Shown one piece after another: positions 29,432 to 38,588 of a stretch of 64,000 nt of DNA. The stretch is from Chitinophagales bacterium (GTDB lineage Bacteria; Bacteroidota; Bacteroidia; Chitinophagales; UBA8649), in the NCBI GenBank assembly GCA_049610685.1, contig JBMYZU010000011.1, positions 7,353-71,352 on the forward strand. Reading direction: 5' to 3'. Below the pieces are notes generated by a model. It ran no database searches, was not told where the DNA came from, and worked only from the letters and a program-made list of their open reading frames with translations. Both the position numbers and the translations under genes were made by a program. How positions within the stretch are numbered: position 1 is the stretch's first letter; the number at the start of each line of letters is the position of its first letter.

Positions 29432-32062
29432 ATGAAAGGCAATACACCGCAGGAAATACGTCAAGCATTTTTCCAATTTTTTGAGGAGAAAGGACATAAG
29501 GTTGTTCCTTCTGTTCCTCTCGTGGTAAAGGACGACCCTACCTTGATGTTTATCAATGCAGGAATGAATCCCTTTAAGGACTATTTCCTCGGGCTAAAAA
29601 AAGCAGACAACACGCGCATTGCAGATAGCCAAAAGTGTCTTAGAGTTTCAGGAAAACACAACGACTTAGAAGAGGTTGGGGTTGATACATATCACCATAC
29701 CCTCTTTGAAATGTTAGGTAATTGGTCATTTGGCGATTACTTTAAAAAGGAAGCCATTCAGTGGGCTTGGGAATTTTTAACCGAGGTATGTAAGCTCGAG
29801 GCAGATCGATTATACATTACTTATTTCGAAGGAGATGCCAAAGACCAGCTAGGGCCAGATAATGAAGCCAAAGAGATTTGGGGGGCTTATGTCGGAGAAG
29901 ATAGAATCCTTCCCTTTGATCGAAAGGATAACTTTTGGGAAATGGGCGACATCGGACCTTGTGGTCCCTGTAGCGAGATACACATTGATTTACGCTCTAA
30001 CGAAGAAAGAGAGGCCGTTGACGGAGCGAGCTTAGTCAACCAAGACCATCCGCAGGTTATTGAAATCTGGAATTTAGTCTTTATGGAGTTTCTCCGCAAA
30101 GCAGATGGTAGCCTTGAAAGCCTTCCTGAAAAGCATGTTGACACAGGCATGGGATTTGAGCGTCTTGTGCGCGCTATCGAAGGAAAGTCTTCTAACTACG
30201 ACACAGCGGTTTTCTCTTCCCTTCTGAAAAAAATCGAGGCAATCACTTCCCAATCCTATGGAAAAGAGGAAGGTGTAGATATTGCCATGCGTGTTATAGC
30301 TGACCACCTTCGTGCCGTTTCGTTTGCCATAGCTGATGGCCAGAATCCATCAAACGTCAAGGCAGGATATGTCATACGACGAATATTGCGCCGCGCAGTT
30401 CGCTATAGCTATCAAGGATTAAACTATCCGCAACCCCTACTCCATCAATTGGTATCCACCCTCGTGGAGGATATGGGTACTGCCTACCCCGAGCTAGTTA
30501 ATCAACAATCCTTTATTGAGCAAGTTATTCTCGAAGAGGAAAAGAGCTTTCTAAAAACCTTGGAGGAAGGTATTCAACGCCTTACAAAAGCCTTGCAAGC
30601 CCTTGAAGGAAAAACAGAACTCGATGGACAGACAGCCTTTGAATTATATGACACCTACGGCTTTCCGCTTGATCTGACTCAGCTCATCTGCTCTGAAAAA
30701 ACGATTAGTGTAGATATCGAAGGATTTAACCAAGCGCTCGCTGAGCAGAAGTCAAGATCTCGAGCAGAAGGGAAATCTACCTCAGGAGATTGGCACATCT
30801 TACGTGAGGATAATGTAGAGGAATTTGTAGGCTATGACCGAGAACATTGCACAGTTCATATCACAAAATGGCGAGCCATCGAACGAAAAGGAAAAACGAG
30901 TTACCAATTGGTTTTCTCGGTAACTCCCTTTTACGCAGAAGGCGGTGGACAGGTCGGTGATAAAGGCACAATACACAATGACAATGAGCAGGTTGCTATT
31001 TACAACACCACCAAAGAAAACGATACCATCGTCCATTGGGTGAATGCCTTGCCCAAGGAATTAAACGCATCTTTTGAGGCGCACATTGATGTCAGTACAC
31101 GAAAAGCTACTGAACGCAACCACTCAGCAACGCACTTATTGCATGAGGCCTTAAGGAATACCTTAGGAAACCATGTTGAACAACGTGGATCCCTTGTGGA
31201 AGCCAAAGGCCTTCGTTTTGACTTTTCTCATCCGGGTAAAGTCGACTTAGAAACCTTGCATCAAATTGAGGATCAAGTCAATGCTAAGATTTGGGAAAAC
31301 ATCTCCTTAGAGGAAAATAGAAATGCCCTTATTGAGGAAGCCAAGGCACAAGGAGCCATGGCACTCTTCGGGGAAAAATACGGTGACGTAGTGCGCACCA
31401 TTAAGTTTGGATCAAGCATCGAACTCTGTGGAGGATGTCATGTTCGCTCAACCGGAGCCATCGGACAGTTTATCATTACAGCAGAATCTTCTGTTGCCTC
31501 AGGCATTCGTCGTATCGAAGCAATCACCGGAGAAGCCGCGCTCGCTATGATGCAGCGTCAACGACAGGTATTACATGAAGGACAAGAATTACTCGGACAA
31601 GGAGAAATGCTTTCTTCAATTGCCAAACTCATCGAAGACAACAAGGCCTACGCCAAAAAGATTGAATCTTATAAAGCACTAGAAGGACAAGCAGTGAAAA
31701 AAGATTGGGCTGATCAAGTTCAACAAGTGGGTAAAATTCGTCTTGGATCCTTTACTACCGATCTTGATAGTGGAACCATAAAGGACCTATTGTTTCAATT
31801 GAAAAATGAAATTCCAAGTTCTGCTTGGCTCGTAGGCCAGCGCAGTCAAGGGAAAGTAACCTTGTCGATTGCTTTTTCCCAGGACCTCATCGATGAACAC
31901 GGTTTTCATGCCGGCAACATGGTACGCGAATTGGCCAAGCATATCCAAGGTGGTGGCGGTGGACAGCCCTTCTTTGCTACCGCAGGAGGAAAAAATCCTG
32001 AAGGACTTGACCAGGCGCTGCAAGCAGGAGTCGATACAATCACCACACAATTATCCGCATGA
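29432..32062 (+). CDS. alaS: Alanine--tRNA ligase
   Basis: FINAGMNPFK, HHTLFEMLGN, DTGMGFERL, NHSATHLLH, ELCGGCHV and GGGGG motifs. Confidence 0.98.
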   Translation: MKGNTPQEIRQAFFQFFEEKGHKVVPSVPLVVKDDPTLMFINAGMNPFKDYFLGLKKADNTRIADSQKCLRVSGKHNDLEEVGVDTYHHTLFEMLGNWSFGDYFKKEAIQWAWEFLTEVCKLEADRLYITYFEGDAKDQLGPDNEAKEIWGAYVGEDRILPFDRKDNFWEMGDIGPCGPCSEIHIDLRSNEEREAVDGASLVNQDHPQVIEIWNLVFMEFLRKADGSLESLPEKHVDTGMGFERLVRAIEGKSSNYDTAVFSSLLKKIEAITSQSYGKEEGVDIAMRVIADHLRAVSFAIADGQNPSNVKAGYVIRRILRRAVRYSYQGLNYPQPLLHQLVSTLVEDMGTAYPELVNQQSFIEQVILEEEKSFLKTLEEGIQRLTKALQALEGKTELDGQTAFELYDTYGFPLDLTQLICSEKTISVDIEGFNQALAEQKSRSRAEGKSTSGDWHILREDNVEEFVGYDREHCTVHITKWRAIERKGKTSYQLVFSVTPFYAEGGGQVGDKGTIHNDNEQVAIYNTTKENDTIVHWVNALPKELNASFEAHIDVSTRKATERNHSATHLLHEALRNTLGNHVEQRGSLVEAKGLRFDFSHPGKVDLETLHQIEDQVNAKIWENISLEENRNALIEEAKAQGAMALFGEKYGDVVRTIKFGSSIELCGGCHVRSTGAIGQFIITAESSVASGIRRIEAITGEAALAMMQRQRQVLHEGQELLGQGEMLSSIAKLIEDNKAYAKKIESYKALEGQAVKKDWADQVQQVGKIRLGSFTTDLDSGTIKDLLFQLKNEIPSSAWLVGQRSQGKVTLSIAFSQDLIDEHGFHAGNMVRELAKHIQGGGGGQPFFATAGGKNPEGLDQALQAGVDTITTQLSA

Positions 32063-33513
32063 CATATTGGGAAACCAAAGGCTATGAAGTGGTCATAGGG
32101 TTAGAGGTTCACGCTCAACTTTCTACAAAGAGTAAAATGTACTGCGGTGATCCCGTAGAGTACGGCGCTATGCCGAATTCATTGACGTCTCCTATATCGC
32201 TTGGACTTCCAGGCACGCTGCCCAAGGTCAATCACGAGGCGATAAACTATGCCATTAAGATGGGTTTGGCTTGTCATACCTCAATTGAACGCATCAATGG
32301 CTTTGCCCGTAAAAACTATTTTTATCCGGATCTCCCCAAAGGATATCAAGTTACTCAGGATAAAACGCCCATTTGCTATAACGGACATCTGGATATCGAG
32401 ACCGAGCAAGGAGGTAGTAAGCGTATTGGCATTCAGCGTATTCATTTAGAAGAAGATGCAGGAAAATCCATTCATGATATTGACCCGTACAATTCATTGG
32501 TTGACTTAAATCGAGCAGGAACCGCACTTATAGAGATTGTAACTGATCCTGATTTAAGGAGTCCAGAAGAGGCTCAGGCCTATCTCCGGGAGATTCGCAA
32601 AATGGTACGCTATCTCGACATATGTGATGGAAACATGGAAGAAGGAAGCCTTCGTTGTGATGCAAACATCTCCGTGAGAAAAATGGGTAGTACGCAATAC
32701 GGACAACGTGTTGAAGTCAAGAATATGAATTCAATTCGCCACGTTATGAAGGCGATCGAGCATGAAGCTTCACGCCAAATCGATGAGATTGAGGCAGGGA
32801 ATACAATTGCCCAAGAAACCCGGAGTTTCAATGCAACCGACCATTCAACCTTTGCCTTGAGAAGCAAAGAAGATAGTATGGATTACCGATATTTTCCCGA
32901 GCCTGATCTTATTCCAATTCATGTAAGCGATGAGGATATCGAGGCAATTAAGGAAGCCATGCCCGAACTCCCTAGAGAGAGTATTCCAAGACTAATGAAA
33001 ACCTACGGACTTTCGATGTATGATGCTCAACTCCTTACAGAGGATCGAGACTTTGCACACTTTGCCAATGGTATTTTGGAACAAGCACCCAACGCCAAAA
33101 CTGCGGTAAATCTTTTGATTGGACCGGTTCGCTCCTGGATGAATGAAATGGGACAATCTATTGCATCCTATCCACTATCCGCTTCTGTATTGTTAGAGGT
33201 AATCGATCTATTAGCGAATAACTCCATCAGTTTTTCCTCCGCGAGTCAAAAGCTAATCCCTCACTTGCAAGAGCATCCTCAAGAGGTTGCCGCAGAAGCA
33301 GCTAAAGCCTTAGGTATTATTCAAAATAATGACGAAAACTATCTCGAAGCCCTTATTGACGAAGTTCTTGCCGAAAATCCAGATAAAGTAGAAGCCTACA
33401 AACAAGGGAAAACAGGTCTTCTAGGAATGTTTATGGGACAAATCATGAAAAAAAGTGGAGGAAAGGCAGATCCCAAGCAAACATCAATTCTATTGCGTGA
33501 AAAACTTAGCTAA
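32059..33513 (+). CDS. gatB: Asp-tRNA(Asn)/Glu-tRNA(Gln) amidotransferase subunit B
   Basis: IGLEVHAQL, RKNYFYPDLPKGYQ, LEEDAGK and DYRYFPEPD motifs. Confidence 0.97.
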   Translation: MTYWETKGYEVVIGLEVHAQLSTKSKMYCGDPVEYGAMPNSLTSPISLGLPGTLPKVNHEAINYAIKMGLACHTSIERINGFARKNYFYPDLPKGYQVTQDKTPICYNGHLDIETEQGGSKRIGIQRIHLEEDAGKSIHDIDPYNSLVDLNRAGTALIEIVTDPDLRSPEEAQAYLREIRKMVRYLDICDGNMEEGSLRCDANISVRKMGSTQYGQRVEVKNMNSIRHVMKAIEHEASRQIDEIEAGNTIAQETRSFNATDHSTFALRSKEDSMDYRYFPEPDLIPIHVSDEDIEAIKEAMPELPRESIPRLMKTYGLSMYDAQLLTEDRDFAHFANGILEQAPNAKTAVNLLIGPVRSWMNEMGQSIASYPLSASVLLEVIDLLANNSISFSSASQKLIPHLQEHPQEVAAEAAKALGIIQNNDENYLEALIDEVLAENPDKVEAYKQGKTGLLGMFMGQIMKKSGGKADPKQTSILLREKLS

Positions 33514-34666
33514 TTCAATCGTAAGGCTTCTTGCTCTTCTTGTTCTAGTTTTTGGAGCTTGCACAAAGGGTAAGTTCAAAGAGGAAACCGCCTCTGAAAG
33601 CCATTCAGACTCCACAGCACAAAGCGAGGATTTTAATAGCAATCTGCGCATTAAAGATGCCCATGAATACTATACGTTTCGTGGAGATATTCCTCAGGAG
33701 GCTTTTATCGAGATTATTATTGATAAACCTGAACTTCTCAGTGCAGGTAGCACTTTTCGCATTCAATACAACCCTTTACCAATCTATGGTGGCCAAAACA
33801 ATGCATTGATCACGATCGATAGCTTTTCCTTTTCTCCAGCCACATCAAGCTACCTGCGCCCAATCAATCAATCCCCCACAGGATTTTACCTTATAGAGCA
33901 TCCTGATTTAGGGCGTTATGAAGCCTTGGTTACCGACAGTACTACGGTTCAGTTCCGCCAAGGGAAAGACAAAGAATTAGAGTTAGCCAATGATGGCCCA
34001 ACGCTAGACTATTATGACCTCGTAATGACCATTCAACAGGTATCCGCAGCACAGGATATGGATGACTTCTATGGCAGCTACCCTATTATAATAGAAGCCG
34101 CTCGAGCTTCCCGGGCCGCCAAGCCAGACAATGTGTATCTCGATGTGTTTATGGCCCTCTTCGATCGCATGGATAAAGCCAATGCCAAAAACATTCAATC
34201 CATTATGAATCGCCTCAATAACATCGATTACGAAGGAGCATTAATGGCCTATCTCAATGTTCCCTATGACATCGCTATGCCAGACACTGCTGGACAACCG
34301 ATTTCCATCAGCGATTATTCAGGAAAGGTTGTACTCATTGATTTTTGGGCATCCTGGTGCGCCCCTTGCCGAAAGGAAAATCCAAATCTTGTGCGACTGC
34401 ATAAAAAGTATAGCAGGCAGGGCTTTGACATTCTCAGTGTTTCCCTGGACAATGTCCGATCACGATGGATTCAAGCCATAAAAGATGATAATCTATACTG
34501 GGCAGGTCATTGTAGTGATCTTAATGGCTGGAATACAGAAATTGTCAACATGTACAACATTCAAGGCATTCCCACATCCTTTTTAATCGGACGTGATGGC
34601 TTGATGATTTGGAATTCCAACAATCCTCAACAAAGTCTAGAAGAGGCTATACAAGAGGCACTTTAA
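33497..34666 (+). CDS. TlpA/ResA-like thiol-disulfide oxidoreductase lipoprotein
   Basis: DFWASWCAPCRKENP. The GTG 33497 start gives a lipoprotein signal ending FGAC. Confidence 0.85.
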   Translation: MKNLANSIVRLLALLVLVFGACTKGKFKEETASESHSDSTAQSEDFNSNLRIKDAHEYYTFRGDIPQEAFIEIIIDKPELLSAGSTFRIQYNPLPIYGGQNNALITIDSFSFSPATSSYLRPINQSPTGFYLIEHPDLGRYEALVTDSTTVQFRQGKDKELELANDGPTLDYYDLVMTIQQVSAAQDMDDFYGSYPIIIEAARASRAAKPDNVYLDVFMALFDRMDKANAKNIQSIMNRLNNIDYEGALMAYLNVPYDIAMPDTAGQPISISDYSGKVVLIDFWASWCAPCRKENPNLVRLHKKYSRQGFDILSVSLDNVRSRWIQAIKDDNLYWAGHCSDLNGWNTEIVNMYNIQGIPTSFLIGRDGLMIWNSNNPQQSLEEAIQEAL

Positions 34667-35796
34667 TAGAGAAGATATTTCGCCCGAATCGATTTAAACA
34701 TCTCGAGATCCTCTTGCCAGGTAGCCCGGATTTGGTCAACCGTTTTTCCCTGTTTTAGGTAGGTTCTTAAAGCATCTGATCCGTATAAGAGGTCGATGAA
34801 ATTATTCGAAAGAAAAAAATCTTCATTGAGATCGTGATAGGCCTTATGCAGATAAGATAAATCCAAACCCTTCGGAGGGTCAACGCTACGGAAGTCTTTG
34901 CCTCGACAGGATTGCCCATTGAGCTTTGGCCTACTCGACCCGCCATTGGGTTTAGGCGTAAAGGAAAAACTCCCATAGCTTAACGAAGGATGACCATAGG
35001 CTTGAAAAGGAAAGTCCGTTCCGCGACCAACACTTACCACCGTACCCTCAAAGAAGCATAAACTTGGATACCAGCCAATGGAATGCATATTGGGCAAGTT
35101 TGGCGAAGGCTTAACAGGAAATGAATAAGCTATATTTCTTCGATAATTCTGTAAGGGCACAATTCGTAAATCCAAGGATGATGCATCCTTAATCCAACCT
35201 TCTCCCTTAACCATAAGTGCATATTCTCCAATCGTCATCCCATAGATTACGGGAACTTCATGAAGACCTACAAACGAAGAAAAGTCTGGGTCAAGCGTAG
35301 GTCCATCAACCACATCAGTAAACGGATTAGGGCGGTCGAATACGATGACAGGTATATCGAGTTCAGCACATGCTTCCATCACATAAGTCATCGTTGATAT
35401 ATAGGTATAGAAGCGAACGCCTACATCTTGAATATCAAAAACTACCAGGTCAATTCCCTCCAACTGCTCAGCACTTGGCTTTTTGGAGGATCCATAGAGC
35501 GAATACACAGGAATCTTATTAAGGGAAACATCCTCCACACGCTCCCCTGCATCCGCATCACCCCGAAAACCATGCTCAGGAGCAAAAATGGCCCCAATGT
35601 CAAGTCCTTCATCCCAAAGGGCATCAACTAAGTGCTGATTACCCTTACGAGAGGTTTGGTTGACGACAAGAGCGATTCGTTTAGATTGTAAACGCGTCAT
35701 GTACAAGCGTTCATGGTCCGCTCCTACCACCACCTGACCGATACAATCATTCACCAAATAAGTGATACAGAAAAAAGCCAGTAAAAACCGTATCAT
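34663..35796 (-). CDS. namZ: Exo-beta-N-acetylmuramidase NamZ (DUF1343)
   Basis: FAPEHGFRG, FDIQDVGVRFYTYIST, DRPNP, PSPNLP and SVGRGT motifs. Confidence 0.9.
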   Translation of the reverse strand: MIRFLLAFFCITYLVNDCIGQVVVGADHERLYMTRLQSKRIALVVNQTSRKGNQHLVDALWDEGLDIGAIFAPEHGFRGDADAGERVEDVSLNKIPVYSLYGSSKKPSAEQLEGIDLVVFDIQDVGVRFYTYISTMTYVMEACAELDIPVIVFDRPNPFTDVVDGPTLDPDFSSFVGLHEVPVIYGMTIGEYALMVKGEGWIKDASSLDLRIVPLQNYRRNIAYSFPVKPSPNLPNMHSIGWYPSLCFFEGTVVSVGRGTDFPFQAYGHPSLSYGSFSFTPKPNGGSSRPKLNGQSCRGKDFRSVDPPKGLDLSYLHKAYHDLNEDFFLSNNFIDLLYGSDALRTYLKQGKTVDQIRATWQEDLEMFKSIRAKYLLY

Positions 35797-35830
35797 GCAA
35801 TGTACCTTTATACAATAATAGGCCGATTTC

Positions 35831-37114
35831 TTGGGATATTCTAGATTCATAGCGAAACGATTACTTCTTCAAAATAAACGCGGATTTTCTGCATTTATCG
35901 CGCGCCTTGCCATCCTTGCGATTGCTATTAGTACCGCCATCATGCTTATCGCGACTTCCCTTGTTAGTGGGTTCCAACAGGAGATTGCTCATAAAGCTTT
36001 TGGATTTTTTGGTCATTTGCATGTTACTGAACTTGCTGCGCGAAATCTTACTGAATCCTCTTCATTAGACAAAGACAATGCCATGATTGAACGCATTGCC
36101 AAGGCAAAGGATGTGAATGCCGTATTCCCTGTGGTCTACAGCGCAGGAATCCTTAGTCATGAGGAATTTGAAGATGGCATTGTCCTAAGGGGTGTAGATC
36201 AAGAAGATGCTTTGCGAACCATCAAAGACTACATCATCGAAGGTAATGTCCCTCCGTTAAAGGATAGTGTATGGAAAGAAGGCATTCTGCTCTCTAAAAT
36301 CAGCTGTGAACGGCTTAATGCATCGATTGGCGATACGCTTAGGTTCCGATTTTCTTCAAGCAAGGGCCTTGTGCGGTATCGAAACTTGTCGATTATCGGT
36401 ATCTACAATACAGGACTCTATGAGATCGATGAAAAGTTTGCTTTGTGTATAAGTGATTTATCGCGATCCTTTCTGGAATGGTCTGATCAACAAGTGAGTG
36501 GATATGAGATATTTCTTGACCCACAGGCCATCCTACAGCCCAAGCACCTCGCCTATCTCAACACGCTATTGGGTAGTGCAGAAGTCGATGAGTTAAGCAC
36601 GGCGTATGCTGCAATCGATATCCATGTCCCTCCGAGTTTAACACTTCAAACGATGAAAGACATCAAGCCCAGCATGTTTAACTGGTTGAGCATGATGAAT
36701 ACCAACGAAATTGTCATTCTCCTCCTTATGCTCATCGTCGCCGCAGTTAATATGATTACAGCCATGCTGTGTCTAATTCTTGACCGCACCAAAATGATTG
36801 GTTTATTGAAAGCCCTCGGAAGTACCAAGAGCATGACAAGACGGATTTTTCTTTGGAAGGGCTTGTTTATCGTTGGACTGGGGATTATGTTGGGCAACGC
36901 AATAGGGCTTGGTTTGGCCTACACGCAGATAACATGGGGATGGATAACCCTTCCCGAAAAGGCTTACTATGTGTCAAAGGCTCCCCTATCCATTGACATG
37001 GTATGGATTATCATCATCAATTGCTTTTCAGTTGTATGGTCTACCTTAGTCCTCTTTATACCTTTAAGCCTGATCAATAGGATTCAGCCTGTCCGTGCCC
37101 TTCGTTTTGCCTAG
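35831..37114 (+). CDS. Lipoprotein-releasing ABC transporter permease (LolC/E, FtsX-like)
   Basis: TM1, periplasmic domain, then 3 TMs; DRTKMIGLLKALG and IQPVRALRF motifs. Confidence 0.88.
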   Translation: MGYSRFIAKRLLLQNKRGFSAFIARLAILAIAISTAIMLIATSLVSGFQQEIAHKAFGFFGHLHVTELAARNLTESSSLDKDNAMIERIAKAKDVNAVFPVVYSAGILSHEEFEDGIVLRGVDQEDALRTIKDYIIEGNVPPLKDSVWKEGILLSKISCERLNASIGDTLRFRFSSSKGLVRYRNLSIIGIYNTGLYEIDEKFALCISDLSRSFLEWSDQQVSGYEIFLDPQAILQPKHLAYLNTLLGSAEVDELSTAYAAIDIHVPPSLTLQTMKDIKPSMFNWLSMMNTNEIVILLLMLIVAAVNMITAMLCLILDRTKMIGLLKALGSTKSMTRRIFLWKGLFIVGLGIMLGNAIGLGLAYTQITWGWITLPEKAYYVSKAPLSIDMVWIIIINCFSVVWSTLVLFIPLSLINRIQPVRALRFA

Positions 37115-37123
37115 ATTTGTCTT

Positions 37124-37369
37124 ATGTATCGTTCCTTACAATTCCTTTTATTGAATATCGTTATGCTGAGTTTCCTTACGGCAAGCACCTGTGAACAAGA
37201 GGATAAGAACAACGTACCCTGTCCCGAAGCCTTAAGTCAACCACAAGCGGACTGCATATGTACGATGGAATACGACCCCGTCTGCGGATGTGATGGGGTA
37301 ACCTATAGCAATGCCTGTATGGCCGGTTGTTCTAATGTGTCGGATTACTCAGAGGGAGTTTGTCCCTGA
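37124..37369 (+). CDS. Single Kazal-type protease inhibitor domain (lipo)protein
   Basis: [20 protein letters not shown]...GVC; N-terminal signal ending ASTC. Confidence 0.85.
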   Translation: MYRSLQFLLLNIVMLSFLTASTCEQEDKNNVPCPEALSQPQADCICTMEYDPVCGCDGVTYSNACMAGCSNVSDYSEGVCP

Positions 37370-37396
37370 TAGCAAGCGAGTAGGATTACGTACGAA

Positions 37397-38521
37397 TTAG
37401 TGCCCCTTCTTTTTCTGGAAGAACTCACTGTATACAAAAAAGGCAACCATGGCCAGAAATCCAGCAAAGGCAAGCCCCTCAATCCATGGAGACTCCTGAC
37501 CTTGTTCTTTAACCACCTTAATGATAAAGACAACAAAGATTGAGACCACAAGTCCTATAAACACTTTTCTGAGATCTTGAAGTATCATCGTAAGTGTATC
37601 CACCATGCGCTTGCGTTCATGCCAGATTCGCATAGCAATTTCACGTCCTGCCAATAATCCCATAAACACCCAAGTCGTTGACATTGGAATTTTGTTGAGT
37701 TCCTTGAAATAATACAGCAAAAAAGAATAGGTTAACGCAATAAAGGTCGCCGAGCGAATATCCTCCGTATTGGTTTTACTGCGAACAACATCTTGTACTC
37801 TTCCTCCACGTTGCTGGAAGATGTAAGCCAAAAGCGCTAACAATACAGCACAACTCAACGCAAAGAGTGGAAGCGATAAATCATTTCGCCCCTTGCCTAA
37901 ATAGACATAGATATTCGCAAGATCTTGGATTAACCATGTATACCAAAGAAGACCAGTTACAATCCACTGCAAAACAATCCAGACTTTGTGCGACGTAGAA
38001 TTTTCTTCTAGCTGATGTTCTCTAAACCGCTTTTCCGTATAATTACTGATGAGGAGATAGACCACAATACCCACACCAAAGGCAAGGAGATACCCAAACA
38101 AAGACTTCATAATCATCCCCCCTAACTTGGTATCGGTATCCACGATTTGCCCAAGCATTTCCATAAAATCCGCTGGGATTTTATCTAAAGCAAAAAGGGT
38201 TAGAATAATAAATGTTGTGCTTACAGGGATTCCTAGGCGGGTTAGCAGCATAAGTGCCATAGGGGGAATCATAAAGTACCAACTATAGGTATCGGGTAGC
38301 GTATATTTTTCCAAACGCCCGTAGGAAACATCCCCTTGATAATATCCATAAACCAAGGTGAACATCATAATGCTCGCAGCAAATGCCCAAAGGGTTTGCC
38401 ACTTAACACGCTTTTCGTTGGACGTCAAAAACGTACCGAGGGTTTGAATCACATCATTACCTACTACAGAGTATCCTGCAAGGCAAAAACCAAGAATCAT
38501 CACCACTAGGGAAAGGTCCAT
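37397..38521 (-). CDS. Divergent PiT/PHO4-like membrane transporter
   Basis: Multi-TM with duplicated signature halves GNDVIQ..GIPVSTT and QDLAN..IPMSTT. Confidence 0.6.
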   Translation of the reverse strand: MDLSLVVMILGFCLAGYSVVGNDVIQTLGTFLTSNEKRVKWQTLWAFAASIMMFTLVYGYYQGDVSYGRLEKYTLPDTYSWYFMIPPMALMLLTRLGIPVSTTFIILTLFALDKIPADFMEMLGQIVDTDTKLGGMIMKSLFGYLLAFGVGIVVYLLISNYTEKRFREHQLEENSTSHKVWIVLQWIVTGLLWYTWLIQDLANIYVYLGKGRNDLSLPLFALSCAVLLALLAYIFQQRGGRVQDVVRSKTNTEDIRSATFIALTYSFLLYYFKELNKIPMSTTWVFMGLLAGREIAMRIWHERKRMVDTLTMILQDLRKVFIGLVVSIFVVFIIKVVKEQGQESPWIEGLAFAGFLAMVAFFVYSEFFQKKKGH

Positions 38522-38562
38522 TACGTTTTGTTTGGTGGATTCTAAAAGTAATGAATCTGGCT

Positions 38563-38579
38563 GTTAAGGAATCGTTAAG
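38563..38579 (-). promoter_or_regulatory. Direct repeat CTTAAC-N5-CTTAAC (PhoB/OmpR-type box)
   Basis: GTTAAG at 38563 and 38574 (11-bp period), upstream of the -7-like element TACTTTTA (38543-38550, minus). Confidence 0.5.
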
Positions 38580-38588
38580 TTTTACAGC

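Noticed and set aside
32059..33513. Orphan gatB as an incomplete system
   Set aside because: gatA and gatC are commonly encoded elsewhere in Bacteroidota; cannot be judged from this window.
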